From contig JAJCTO010000010.1 of NCBI GenBank assembly GCA_046563655.1, positions 186,001 to 250,000 of the forward strand: a stretch of DNA of 64,000 bases, read 5' to 3'. Shown piece by piece: positions 10,301 to 20,100 of the stretch. A program made the translations under genes and the position numbers. The notes below the pieces were generated by a model, which made no database searches, was not told where the DNA came from, and worked only from the letters and a program-made list of their open reading frames with translations. Position 1 is the stretch's first letter, and every line of letters begins with the position of its first letter. The stretch comes from Yuukianura sp. NJ FZ-2021. Taxonomy: Eukaryota.

Positions 10301-11710
10301 GGTGATCTATCAGTTGAAGAAGCGGACAGAGCCCTCCTAATCTGTTTCAAAGTAGCCCAAGAAGACGACTACAATGATGACATAATGGCCTTAAAGAAGA
10401 ACAATCGAGTGGACAAGGGAAGTGCACTGGAATCACTACATCCATTTCTGGACAGTCATGGAGTCATGCGTGTTGGAGGGAGACTCCAAAAGTCTGACAT
10501 ACCAAGTGACCAATGCCACCCCATCATTTTATCAGGTCAAAATCATTTCACCAAAATCATGGTAAGGTATTTTCATCAATTTTACCTCCATGCGAATTAC
10601 CAATTGTTGTGGGCAAACTTGTCCAAACGATTTTGGATCGTGAGAGCCCGGGTCACAATTCGTCAGGTGGTCAGAGACTGCTTGAAGTGCAAAAGACTCA
10701 GAGCCAAAGCCAGTGAACAACTGATGGGAGCACTGCCAAAGGCGAGAGTAACTCCCTCTCCGCCATTTACACACTGTGGTGTCGACTACGCAGGTCCAAT
10801 TAAGCTGCAGGAAAAATATGGGCGTGGCAAGCGACAATTTGATGGGTACTTTTGTGTGTTTGTCTGCTTTGCAACACGGGCAATCCATTTGGAACCCGTC
10901 ACTGATTTAACCACTGCAGCATTTTTAGCGACTCTCAAAAGATTCATTTCCAGGCGGGGACTTGTGTCAGTCATGTATTCTGACAATGGCAAAAACTTCG
11001 TGGGTGCAGCCAATGAGATAGCAGAGTGGCAAAAGATTTTACATGACACTAAAATTTCTGATTTTTTGTGCATTTCAGGTATAACGTGGAAATTCATTCC
11101 TCCTGATGCTCCACACTTGGGTGGCCTATGGGAATCAGGAGTCAAATCGGCAAAGTACCACCTCAGGAGAGTGGTTGGAAGCACGACATTGACGCTGGAA
11201 GAATTCCATACCCTCCTGACAATGGTGGAAGCAGTGCTCAACTCTCGGCCGATTTGTGCGAAATCTCGTGACCCAGATGACGTTGAAGCGCTGACTCCAG
11301 GCCACTTTCTCATTGGGAAGCCACTACTCGCCATTCCAGAGCCTAGTTTGGCTGAAATCAAAGAAAACCGACTCTCGAGATGGCAACGAGTACAACAAAT
11401 GTCGGAGCATTTCTGGAATCGCTGGAAAAAGGAGTACCTCAACCTTCTCCAGCAACGTAACAAGTGGCGAAATGAGGCTGAAAACATCAAGACTGGCGAT
11501 CTCGTGTTGATCAAGGACGATGACACCCCACCGTTGAAGTGGAAACTCGCCAGGATCACCAAAACATTCCCTGGAGATGACAACCTAGTTCGATCAGTGG
11601 AAGTAACCTACAAAACGACTGAAATCGACAAGAAAGGAAAATCCAAAGTGAAGGATCATGGGTTTCTTCGTCCAGTCGTAAAAATCGTCAAGCTACTAGA
11701 ACCAGAGTAG
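7319..11710 (+). CDS. pol: BEL/Pao gag-pol polyprotein, remainder (three zinc knuckles, aspartic protease, reverse transcriptase, RNase H, integrase)
   Basis: Zinc knuckles CPKCAGEHSLFKC, CFCCLRGGHGESKC and CAKCQKRHNTLLH (~7532-7726). Protease LLDQGS. RT YLPHH, LRVVFDGS, DIVKMYRQ and YVDD (9104). RNase H FSDAS, LPRLELCGA, WTDS and NPADLGTRG. Integrase HQFYLH..CLKC, DYAGP (10784), SDNGKNF, GGLWE and LTPGHFLIG. No internal stops. Confidence 0.97.
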   Translation: MIVEKVSSETKREWTRHFKGTQMPKFSEVKDFLEDHLRGLNVGSEKSTHNEKKTADKPTEKKSHQSSSKVACPKCAGEHSLFKCEQFNSMAVDEREKFVKSKNLCFCCLRGGHGESKCMSKFKCAKCQKRHNTLLHYEKKPKTPAVNTKEEKPSTSTTALYCSSTRVILATAVVSVLDSFGDYQNCRVLLDQGSESNFISMSCVKKLGLKKHRASVTITGISGTQVERALGETNFCVKSRINNFELNVCALVLNKVTGSLPSFIVKNTDWPHLKNLELADPAYLQPSDVDILLGSEFVARLKTGKKVQSDLSLPIAEETEFGWVISGPVSNTKNVSVNFCTSVCDSYVKKFWELESVPIRPVYTQEEALAEQHFVSNHSRTESGRYVVKLPFKNNCVNLGSSRDMAVSRLMGIEKRLLKFPHHKDDYHQFMTKYEELGHMSRVTKSEEGEVIGETNYLPHHFVLKDTSTTTKLRVVFDGSAKTSNNVSLNECLLVGPTIQPDIFSHLLFFRTNLIALKADIVKMYRQFLVDKNDQKKQRILWRDSPSDDIGEYELKTVTYGTSSAPFHAVRCFQQLADDEKKKFPMAAEVLKSNFYVDDLMGGAKSVQEANQLVTELEGLLRRGCLEITKWDSNSKEVLRSIPKVNRGKNDVITCDADFDRVLGVCWDSGGDYFHFKGYTPKPVGVVTKRTVLSTMSEVFDPLGFLSPLTVKIKVYFQVLWSPVQGKENGILTWDDEIPPDLAGQWHDYVKSVQDIKSLTVPRCLFSGVPGIIEIHGFSDASELAYCAVVYVRLIPTNGHITTNIVAAKTKVAPMKQISLPRLELCGALLLSKLIPKVMEATRLNCPIMTWTDSETVLKWLRNTSRKFVTFVANRISEIQEVLPVSSWNFVPGVDNPADLGTRGISAQELVSSKLWWCGPEWLKNADLPVFESEGKVSEPSELLELRKVKVNLTLIDREMVNRFSNFMRLNRAVAYAMRFVSNCRNLKQGERLTGDLSVEEADRALLICFKVAQEDDYNDDIMALKKNNRVDKGSALESLHPFLDSHGVMRVGGRLQKSDIPSDQCHPIILSGQNHFTKIMVRYFHQFYLHANYQLLWANLSKRFWIVRARVTIRQVVRDCLKCKRLRAKASEQLMGALPKARVTPSPPFTHCGVDYAGPIKLQEKYGRGKRQFDGYFCVFVCFATRAIHLEPVTDLTTAAFLATLKRFISRRGLVSVMYSDNGKNFVGAANEIAEWQKILHDTKISDFLCISGITWKFIPPDAPHLGGLWESGVKSAKYHLRRVVGSTTLTLEEFHTLLTMVEAVLNSRPICAKSRDPDDVEALTPGHFLIGKPLLAIPEPSLAEIKENRLSRWQRVQQMSEHFWNRWKKEYLNLLQQRNKWRNEAENIKTGDLVLIKDDDTPPLKWKLARITKTFPGDDNLVRSVEVTYKTTEIDKKGKSKVKDHGFLRPVVKIVKLLEPE

Positions 11711-12199
11711 CGTAAGTCTAGGGAACTTGTGTAAATAATGTTAAAATTCAAAAATATTCATTTATTTCATAACTTTAAAAAATTTTGGGTTAAAGTTAGA
11801 TTTAAATACTTAGAAATTAAGTGGTTTTTTCAAGCAATCAAAACCTAAGTGTTTAGGCTAGATTTAGTTTCAAGTTCTATCTCTTTCCAAAATTTAAAAA
11901 TTAGGGGTAAAATCATTTGCTAAAACACCTGCCGTTCGAGTAAAGTAGTTACTAGAACGTAAGGTGAACCAATTCTGGAATGTGTGTCAGTGTGTGAGTG
12001 ACCTTTTGTGCTCTGGTCTACTGGTAGGGTCCAGTAAACGGCAAATTCCAGCTTGAGCAACTGGAAGAAGGCTTCGTCCACCTTCAGCCACCGAATCCAG
12101 TAGCATCAGATCACCCTTCAATTTTTCATTTGTGTATATCCAAAATTGGACACCATTTTCTTTTGTGTTTTTGTGAATTGAATGACCGAGTCATTCAAT

Positions 12200-12208
12200 G
12201 GAGGGCGG
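12200..12208 (+). promoter_or_regulatory. Polypurine tract
   Basis: GGAGGGCGG lies immediately 5' of the 3' LTR. Confidence 0.8.
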
Positions 12209-12491
12209 TGTTTTGGCATTTGAGACGCTTCTCAACAGGGAAGCGCCAATTTCAAATTGTCGAAATTGTGTAGATATAGGTATATCTCAAATTCTAAAAA
12301 GTGTGTCTGAAGAAGATGAGCAGAGGAACTGCCCACTTCACTTGTAATTCTGATTGGGAAGCAGCATGGTCTGCACTTTTCTTTCAATTATCAATTAACT
12401 TTTGTAATTAATGTAAAAAGATTGAAGTATTAACGTTTTTATATTAAAAATAAAAAACACCAATCGACCGCCTACCATCCAAATCACTTCA
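12209..12491 (+). repeat. 3' LTR (283 bp)
   Basis: Direct repeat of 5875-6157, followed by the TSD GCCGC. Confidence 0.97.
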
Positions 12492-12696
12492 GCCGCCAAC
12501 TTCTACGTTGTTAATTTAACACTTTGAGTGCAATGTAGAGGTAGAGAAAACACTTGAGCGATACAGGACACCCCGTCAATAATGGAGGTAATGTTTCAGT
12601 GCAAAGGGTACTAAAAAACGTTACGGACGGACGGACAGGCAAAGTCGTATCAATAGTCTTCTTCAGCATGTCGTAGACATGCGTCTCCAGAACACT

Positions 12697-14127
12697 AAAA
12701 ATTTAGCTCTTATCAACGTCGTTCAAAGCAGGCTCGAAAGTGCTCTTAGTTTTGAAAATTTTGCGAAATGGCTGTGTGTTATAGCATGCCATAAGCAAAT
12801 CGCTTTGACGCTCAGCATTCCAGTGAAAAAGAACTACTCAAACAAAGCTGTATCTTTTGCCTGTGCTTGGTTGATAGTAAATTCAAACGTTATCAGCATC
12901 GGTTCTCCATGGCGCTAATAAGCGAGGAATGCTGGAAATGTATGAGAAACAGAAATATTTAGCTCTTATCAACGTCATTCAAAGCAGGCTCGACAGTGCT
13001 CTTAGTTTTGAAAATTTTGCGAAATGGCTGTGTGTTATACCATGCCATAAGCAAATCGCTTTGTCGCTCAGCATTCCAGTGAAAAAGAACTCCTCAAACA
13101 AAGCTGTATCTTTTGCCTGTGCTTGGTTGATAGTAAATTCAAACGTTATCAGCATCGGTTCTCCATGGCGCTAATAAGCGAGGAATGCTGGAAATGTATG
13201 AGAAACAGAAATATTTAGCTCTTATCAACGTCATTCAAAGCAGGCTCGACAGTGCTCCTAGTTTTGAAAATTTTGCGAAATGGCTGTGTGTTATACCATG
13301 CCATAAGCAAATCGCTTTGTCGCTCAGCATTACAGTGAAAAAGAACTCCTCAAACAAAGCTGTATCTTTCGCCTGTGCTTGGTTGATAGTAAATTCAAAC
13401 GTTATCAGCATCGGTTCTCCATGGCGCTAATAAGCGAGGAATGCTGGAAATATATGAGAAACAGAAAAATTTAGCTCTTATCAACGTTATTCAAAGCAGG
13501 CTCGAAAGTGCTCTTAGTTTTGAAAATTTTGCGAAATGGCTGTGTGTTATAGCATGCCATAAGCAAATCGCTTTGACGCTCAAAATTCCGTTGAAAAAGA
13601 TCTTCTCAAACAAAACTGTTTCTTTTGCCTATGCTAGGTTGTTAGTAAATTCAAACGTTAAAAGCATCGGTTATCCGTGGCGCTAATATTTGGTTTTTGT
13701 TACCAAGGTCATATTTGTTTTGCAGTAGTCGCCACAGAGTACAAACTACTAGCTATGAATGCTGGGAATGTATGGGACACAGAAATGTTTAGCTCTTACC
13801 TACGTCATTCATTGCAGGCTCGACAGTGCTCTTATTTCTGAAAATTTGGCGCAATGGCTGTCTGTTATACCATACCATAAGCATATCGCTATAATACTCA
13901 AGATTCCAGTGAAAAAGAACTCCTCAAACAAAGCTGTATCTTTTGCCTGTGCTTGGTTGATAGTAAATTCAAACGTTATCAGCATCGGTTCTCCATGGCG
14001 CTAATAAGCGAGGAATCCTGGGAATGTATGAGAAACAGAAATATTTAGCTCTTATCAATGTCATTCAAAGCAGGCTGGACAGTGCTCTTATTTCTGAAAA
14101 TTTGACGAAATTGCTGTCTGTTATACC
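12697..14127. repeat. 256-bp satellite, right segment (~5.3 copies, including one 318-bp variant)
   Basis: Monomer starts at 12929, 13185, 13441, 13759 and 14015. The 13441-13758 unit has extra sequence at 13687-13758. Divergence is higher toward the right end. Confidence 0.96.
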
Positions 14128-14144
14128 TGTTATATGTCTGTTAT

Positions 14145-17100
14145 TTTTTTAACGGAGAAAATTGAAAGCACTAATATGGCATCTTACAAAAATTAAGCGT
14201 CAACTGAACCCAGTGAGATAGATATCGTGACTTGCACGTTCCGAGGTCATTCTGTCAATGAAAGTTCATATCATTAACAAATGCTACATGAGTCCTCCTG
14301 GATGAAGAAAAATTACCTCGAAATAGATTTTTTTAACGGAGAAAATTGAAAGCACTAATATGGCATCTTACAAAAATTAAGCGTCAACTGAACCCAGTGA
14401 GATAGATATCGTGACTTGCACGTTCCGAGGTCATTCTGTCAATGAAAGTTCATACCATTAACAAATGCTACATGAGTCCTCTTGGATCAAGAAAAATTAC
14501 CTCGAAATAGACTTTTTTAACAGAGAAAGTTGAAAGCACTAATATCGCAAGTTTCATAAATTAAGCGTCAAATTAACCCAGTGATATAGATATCGTGACT
14601 TGCACGTTCCGAGGTCATTCTGTCAATCAAAGTTCATATCATTAACAAATGCTACATGAGTCCTCCTGGATGAAGAAAAATTACCTCGAAATAGACTTTT
14701 TTAACGGAGAAAATTGAAAGCACTTATATGGCATCTTACAAAAATTAAGCGTCAACTTAACCCAGTGAGATAGATATCGTGACTTGCACGTTCCGAGGTC
14801 ATTCTGTCAATGAAAGTTCATATCATTAACAAATGCTACATGAGTCCTCCTGGATGAAGAAAAATTACCTCGAAATAGACTTTTTTAACGGAGAAAATTG
14901 AAAGCACTAATATGGCATCTTACAAAAATTAAGCGTCAACTGAACCCAGTGAGATAGATATCGTGACTTGCACGTTCCGAGGTCATTCTGTCAATGAAAG
15001 TTCATATCATTAACAAATGCTACATGAGTCCTCCTGGATGAAGAAAAATTACCTCGAAATAGATTTTGTTAACGGAGAAAATTGAAAGCACTAATATGGC
15101 ATCTTACAAAAATTAAGTGTCAACTGAACCCAGTGAGATAGATATCGTGACTTGCACGTTCCGAGGTCATTCTGTCAATTAAAGTTCATACCATTAACAA
15201 ATGCTACATGAGTCCTCTTGGATCAAGAAAAATTACCTCGAAATAGACTTTTTTAACAGAGAAAGTTGAAAGCACTAATATCGCAAGTTTCATAAATTAA
15301 GCCAGTGATATAGATATCGTGACTTCCACGTTCCGAGGTCATTCTGTCAATGAAAGTTCATATTATTAACAAATGCTACATGAGTCCTCCTGGATGAAGA
15401 AAAATTACCTCGAAATAGACTTTTTTAACGGAGAAAATTGAAAGCACTAATATGGCATCTTACAAAGATTAAGCGTCAACTGAACCCAGTGAGATAGATA
15501 TCGTGACTTGCACGTTCCGAGGTCATTCTGTCAATTAAAGTTCATATCATTAACAAATGCTACATGAGTCCTCCTGGATCAAGAAAAATTACCTCGAAAT
15601 AGATTTTATTAACGGAGAAAATTGAAAGCACTAATATGGCATCTTACAAAAATTAAGCGTCAACTGAACCCAGTGAGATAGATATCGTGACTTGCACGTT
15701 CCGAGGTCATTCTGTCAATGAAAGTTCATACCATTAACAAATGCTACATGAGTCCTCTTGGATCAAGAAAAATTACCTCGAAATAGACTTTTTAACAGAG
15801 AAAGTTGAAAGCACTAATATCGCAAGTTTCATAAATCAAGCCAGTGATATAGATATCGTGACTTGCACGTTCCGAGGTCATTCTGTCAATGAAAGTTCAT
15901 ATTATTAACAAATGCTACATGAGTCCTCCTGGATGAAGAAAAATTACCTCGAAATAGCCTTTTTTAACGGAGAAAATTGAAAGCACTAATATGGCATCTT
16001 ACAAAGATTAAGCGTCAACTGAACCCAGTGAGATAGATATCGTGACTTGCACGTTCCGAGGTCATTCTGTCAATTAAAGTTCATATCATTAACAAATGCT
16101 ACATGAGTCCTCCTGGATCAAGAAAAATTACCTCGAAATAGATTTTATTAGCGGAGAAAATTGAAAGCACTAATATGGCATCTTACAAAAATTAAGTGTC
16201 AACTGAACCCAGTGAGATAGATATCGTGACTTGCACGTTCCGAGGTCATTCTGTCAATTAAAGTTCATACCATTAACAAATGCTACATGAGTCCTCTTGG
16301 ATCAATAAAAATTACCTCGAAATAGACTTTTTAACAGAGAAATTTGAAAGCACTAATATCGCAAGTTTCATAAATTAAGCGTCAAATTAACCCAGTGATA
16401 TAGATATCGTGACTTGCACGTTCCGAGGTCATTCTGTCAATGAAAGTTCATATCATTAACAAATGCTACATGAGTCCTCCTGGATGAAGAAAAATTACCT
16501 CGAAATAGACTTTTTTAACGGAGAAAATTGAAAGCACTTATATGGCATCTTACAAAATTTAAGCGTCAACTTAACCCAGTGAGATAGATATCGTGACTTG
16601 CACGTTCCGAGGTCATTCTGTCAATGAAAGTTCATATCATTAACAAATGCTACATGAGTCCTCTTGGATCAAGAAAAATTACCTCGAAATAGACTTTTTT
16701 AACGGAGAAAGTTGAAATCACTAATATCGCAAGTTTCATAAATTAAGCCAGTGATATAGATATCGTGACTTGCACGTTCCGAGGTCATTCTGTCAATGAA
16801 AGTTCATATTATTAACAAATGCTACATGAGTCCTCCTGGATGAAGAAAAATTACCTCGAAATAGACTTTTTTAACGGAGAAAATTGAAAGCACTAATCTG
16901 GCATCTTACAAAAATTAAGCGTCAACTGAACCCAGTGAGATAGATATCGTGACTTGCACGTTCCGAGGTCATTCTGTCAATTAAAGTTCATATTATTAAC
17001 AAATGCTACATGAGTCCTCCTGGATGAAGAAAAATTACCTCGAAATAGACTTTTTTAACGGAGAAAATTGAAAGCACTAATATGGCATCTTACAAAAATT

Positions 17101-20100
17101 AAGCGTCAACTGAACCCAGTGAGATAGATATCGTGACTTGCACGTTCCGAGGTCATTCTGTCAATTAAAGTTCATATCATTAACAAATGCTACATGAGTC
17201 CTCCTGGATCAAGAAAAATTACCTCGAAATAGATTTTTTTAACGGAGAAAATTGAAAGCACTAATATGGCATCTTACAAAAATTAAGCGTCAACTGAACC
17301 CAGTGAGATAGATATCGTGACTTGCACGTTCCGAGGTCATTCTGTCAATGAAAGTTCATATTATTAACAAATGCTACATGAGTCCTCCTGGATCAAGAAA
17401 AATTACCTCGAAATAGATTTTATTAACGGAGAAAATTGAAAGCACTAATATGGCATCTTACAAAAATTAAGCGTCAACTGAACCCAGTGAGATAGATATC
17501 GTGACTTGCACGTTCCGAGGTCATTCTGTCAATTAAAGTTCATATTATTAACAAATGCTACATGAGTCCTCCTGGATGAAGAAAAATTACCTCGAAATAG
17601 ACTTTTTTAACGGAGAAAATTGAAAGCACTAATATGGCATCTTACAAAAATTAAGCGTCAACTGAACCCAGTGAGATAGATATCGTGACTTGCACGTTCC
17701 GAGGTCATTCTGTCAATTAAAGTTCATATCATTAACAAATGCTACATGAGTCCTCCTGGATCAAGAAAAATTACCTCGAAATAGATTTTTTTAACGGAGA
17801 AAATTGAAAGCACTAATATGGCATCTTACAAAAATTAAGTGTCAACTGAACCCAGTGAGATAGATATCGTGACTTGCACGTTCCGAGGTCATTCTGTCAA
17901 TTAAAGTTCATCCCATTAACAAATGCTACATGAGTCCTCTTGGATCAAGAAAAATTACCTCGAAATAGACTTTTTTAACAGAGAAAGTTGAAAGCACTAA
18001 TATCGCAAGTTTCATAAATTAAGCCAGTGATATAGATATCGTGACTTGCACGTTCCGAGGTCATTCTGTCAATGAAAGTTCATATTATTAACAAATGCTA
18101 CATGAGTCCTCCTGGATGAAGAAAAATTACCTCGAAATAGACTTTTTTAATGGAGAAAATTGAAAGCACTAATATGGCATCTTACAAAGATTAAGCGTCA
18201 ACTGAACCCAGTGAGATAGATATCGTGACTTGAACGTTCCGAGGTCATTCTGTCAATTAAAGTTCATATCATTAACAAATGCTACATGACTCCTCCTGGA
18301 TCAAGAAAAATTACCTCGAAATAGACTTTTTTAACGGAGAAAGTTGAAATCACTAATATCGCAAGTTTCATAAATTAAGCCAGTGATATAGATATCGTGA
18401 CTTGCACGTTCCGAGGTCATTCTGTCAATGAAAGTTCATATTATTAACAAATGCTACATGAGTCCTCCTGGATGAAGAAAAATTACCTCGAAATAGACTT
18501 TTTTAACGGAGAAAATTGAAAGCACTAATCTGGCATCTTACAAAAATTAAGTGTCAACTGAACCCAGTGAGATAGATATCGTGACTTGCACGTTCCGAGG
18601 TCATTCTGTCAATTAAAGTTCATCCCATTAACAAATGCTACATGAGTCCTCTTGGATCAAGAAAAATTACCTCGAAATAGACTTTTTTAACAGAGAAAGT
18701 TGAAAGCACTAATATCGCAAGTTTCATAAATTAAGCCAGTGATATAGATATCGTGACTTGCACGTTCCGAGGTCATTCTGTCAATGAAAGTTCATATTAT
18801 TAACAAATGCTACATGAGTCCTCCTGGATGAAGAAAAATTACCTCGAAATAGACTTTTTTAATGGAGAAAATTGAAAGCACTAATATGGCATCTTACAAA
18901 GATTAAGCGTCAACTGAACCCAGTGAGATAGATATCGTGACTTGAACGTTCCGAGGTCATTCTGTCAATTAAAGTTCATATCATTAACAAATGCTACATG
19001 ACTCCTCCTGGATCAAGAAAAATTACCTCGAAATAGACTTTTTTAACGGAGAAAGTTGAAATCACTAATATCGCAAGTTTCATAAATTAAGCCAGTGATA
19101 TAGATATCGTGACTTGCACGTTCCGAGGTCATTCTGTCAATGAAAGTTCATATTATTAACAAATGCTACATGAGTCCTCCTGGATGAAGAAAAATTACCT
19201 CGAAATAGACTTTTTTAACGGAGAAAATTGAAAGCACTAATCTGGCATCTTACAAAAATTAAGCGTCAACTGAACCCAGTGAGATAGATATCGTGACTTG
19301 CACGTTCCGAGGTCATTCTGTCAATTAAAGTTCATATTATTAACAAATGCTACATGAGTCCTCCTGGATGAAGAAAAATTACCTCGAAATAGACTTTTTT
19401 AACGGAGAAAATTGAAAGCACTAATATGGCATCTTACAAAAATTAAGCGTCAACTGAACCCAGTGAGATAGATATCGTGACTTGCACGTTCCGAGGTCAT
19501 TCTGTCAATTAAAGTTCATATCATTAACAAATGCTACATGAGTCCTCCTGGATCAAGAAAAATTACCTCGAAATAGATTTTTTTAACGGAGAAAATTGAA
19601 AGCACTAATATGGCATCTTACAAAAATTAAGTGTCAACTGAACCCAGTGAGATAGATATCGTGACTTGCACGTTCCGAGGTCATTCTGTCAATTAAAGTT
19701 CATCCCATTAACAAATGCTACATGAGTCCTCTTGGATCAAGAAAAATTACCTCGAAATAGACTTTTTTAACAGAGAAAGTTGAAAGCACTAATATCGCAA
19801 GTTTCATAAATTAAGCCAGTGATATAGATATCGTGACTTGCACGTTCCGAGGTCATTCTGTCAATGAAAGTTCATATTATTAACAAATGCTACATGAGTC
19901 CTCCTGGATCAAGAAAAATTACCTCGAAATAGATTTTATTAACGGAGAAAATTGAAAGCACTAATATGGCATCTTACAAAAATTAAGCGTCAACTGAACC
20001 CAGTGAGATAGATATCGTGACTTGCACGTTCCGAGGTCATTCTGTCAATGAAAGTTCATATCATTAACAAATGCTACATGAGTCCTCTTGGATCAAGAAA

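Larger units (their letters stand above)
5875..12491 (+). mobile_element. Full-length BEL/Pao LTR retrotransposon (6617 bp)
   Basis: Paired TG...CA LTRs, 5-bp TSD GCCGC (5870-5874 and 12492-12496), PBS, PPT, and gag-PR-RT-RNaseH-IN domain order with BEL-type motifs. Confidence 0.98.
4835..12696 (-). mobile_element. Non-autonomous Helentron/DINE-1-like (HINE) element, ~1.05 kb of its own sequence, split by nested insertions
   Basis: Subterminal inverted repeats TAGGTCTTCTGGAG (4861-4874) and CTCCAGAACACT (12685-12696). Terminal hairpin ATGCTCAA-GGG-TTGAGCAT (4843-4861). At the other end, a partial inverted copy TAGTCTTCT (12654-12662), a hairpin GCATGTC-GTA-GACATGC (12666-12682) and an ACGG/ACAG microsatellite (12623-12638; GTCY on minus). 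It ends at an A-run, has no TSD, and the satellite phase continues across it. Classification is from structure only. Confidence 0.72.

Noticed and set aside
6648..11583. Antisense and alternate-frame ORFs within gag-pol
   Set aside because: Shadows of the long coding frame with no motifs.
11711..12199. env-like gene after pol
   Set aside because: Only ~490 bp, AT-rich and without an ORF; an ordinary 3' UTR.
4561..14004. Repeated 79-81 aa ORFs (MLEMYEKQK...)
   Set aside because: One per 256-bp monomer with only a 10-bp spacer, no room for gene structure and no recognisable domain. The ATG is lost in the last copy. Treated as chance ORFs, although expression was not testable.
14145..14330. 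CENP-B box or nuclear-receptor response element in the 184-bp monomer
   Set aside because: No match to the 17-bp CENP-B box seen, and AGGTCA is only an isolated half-site.
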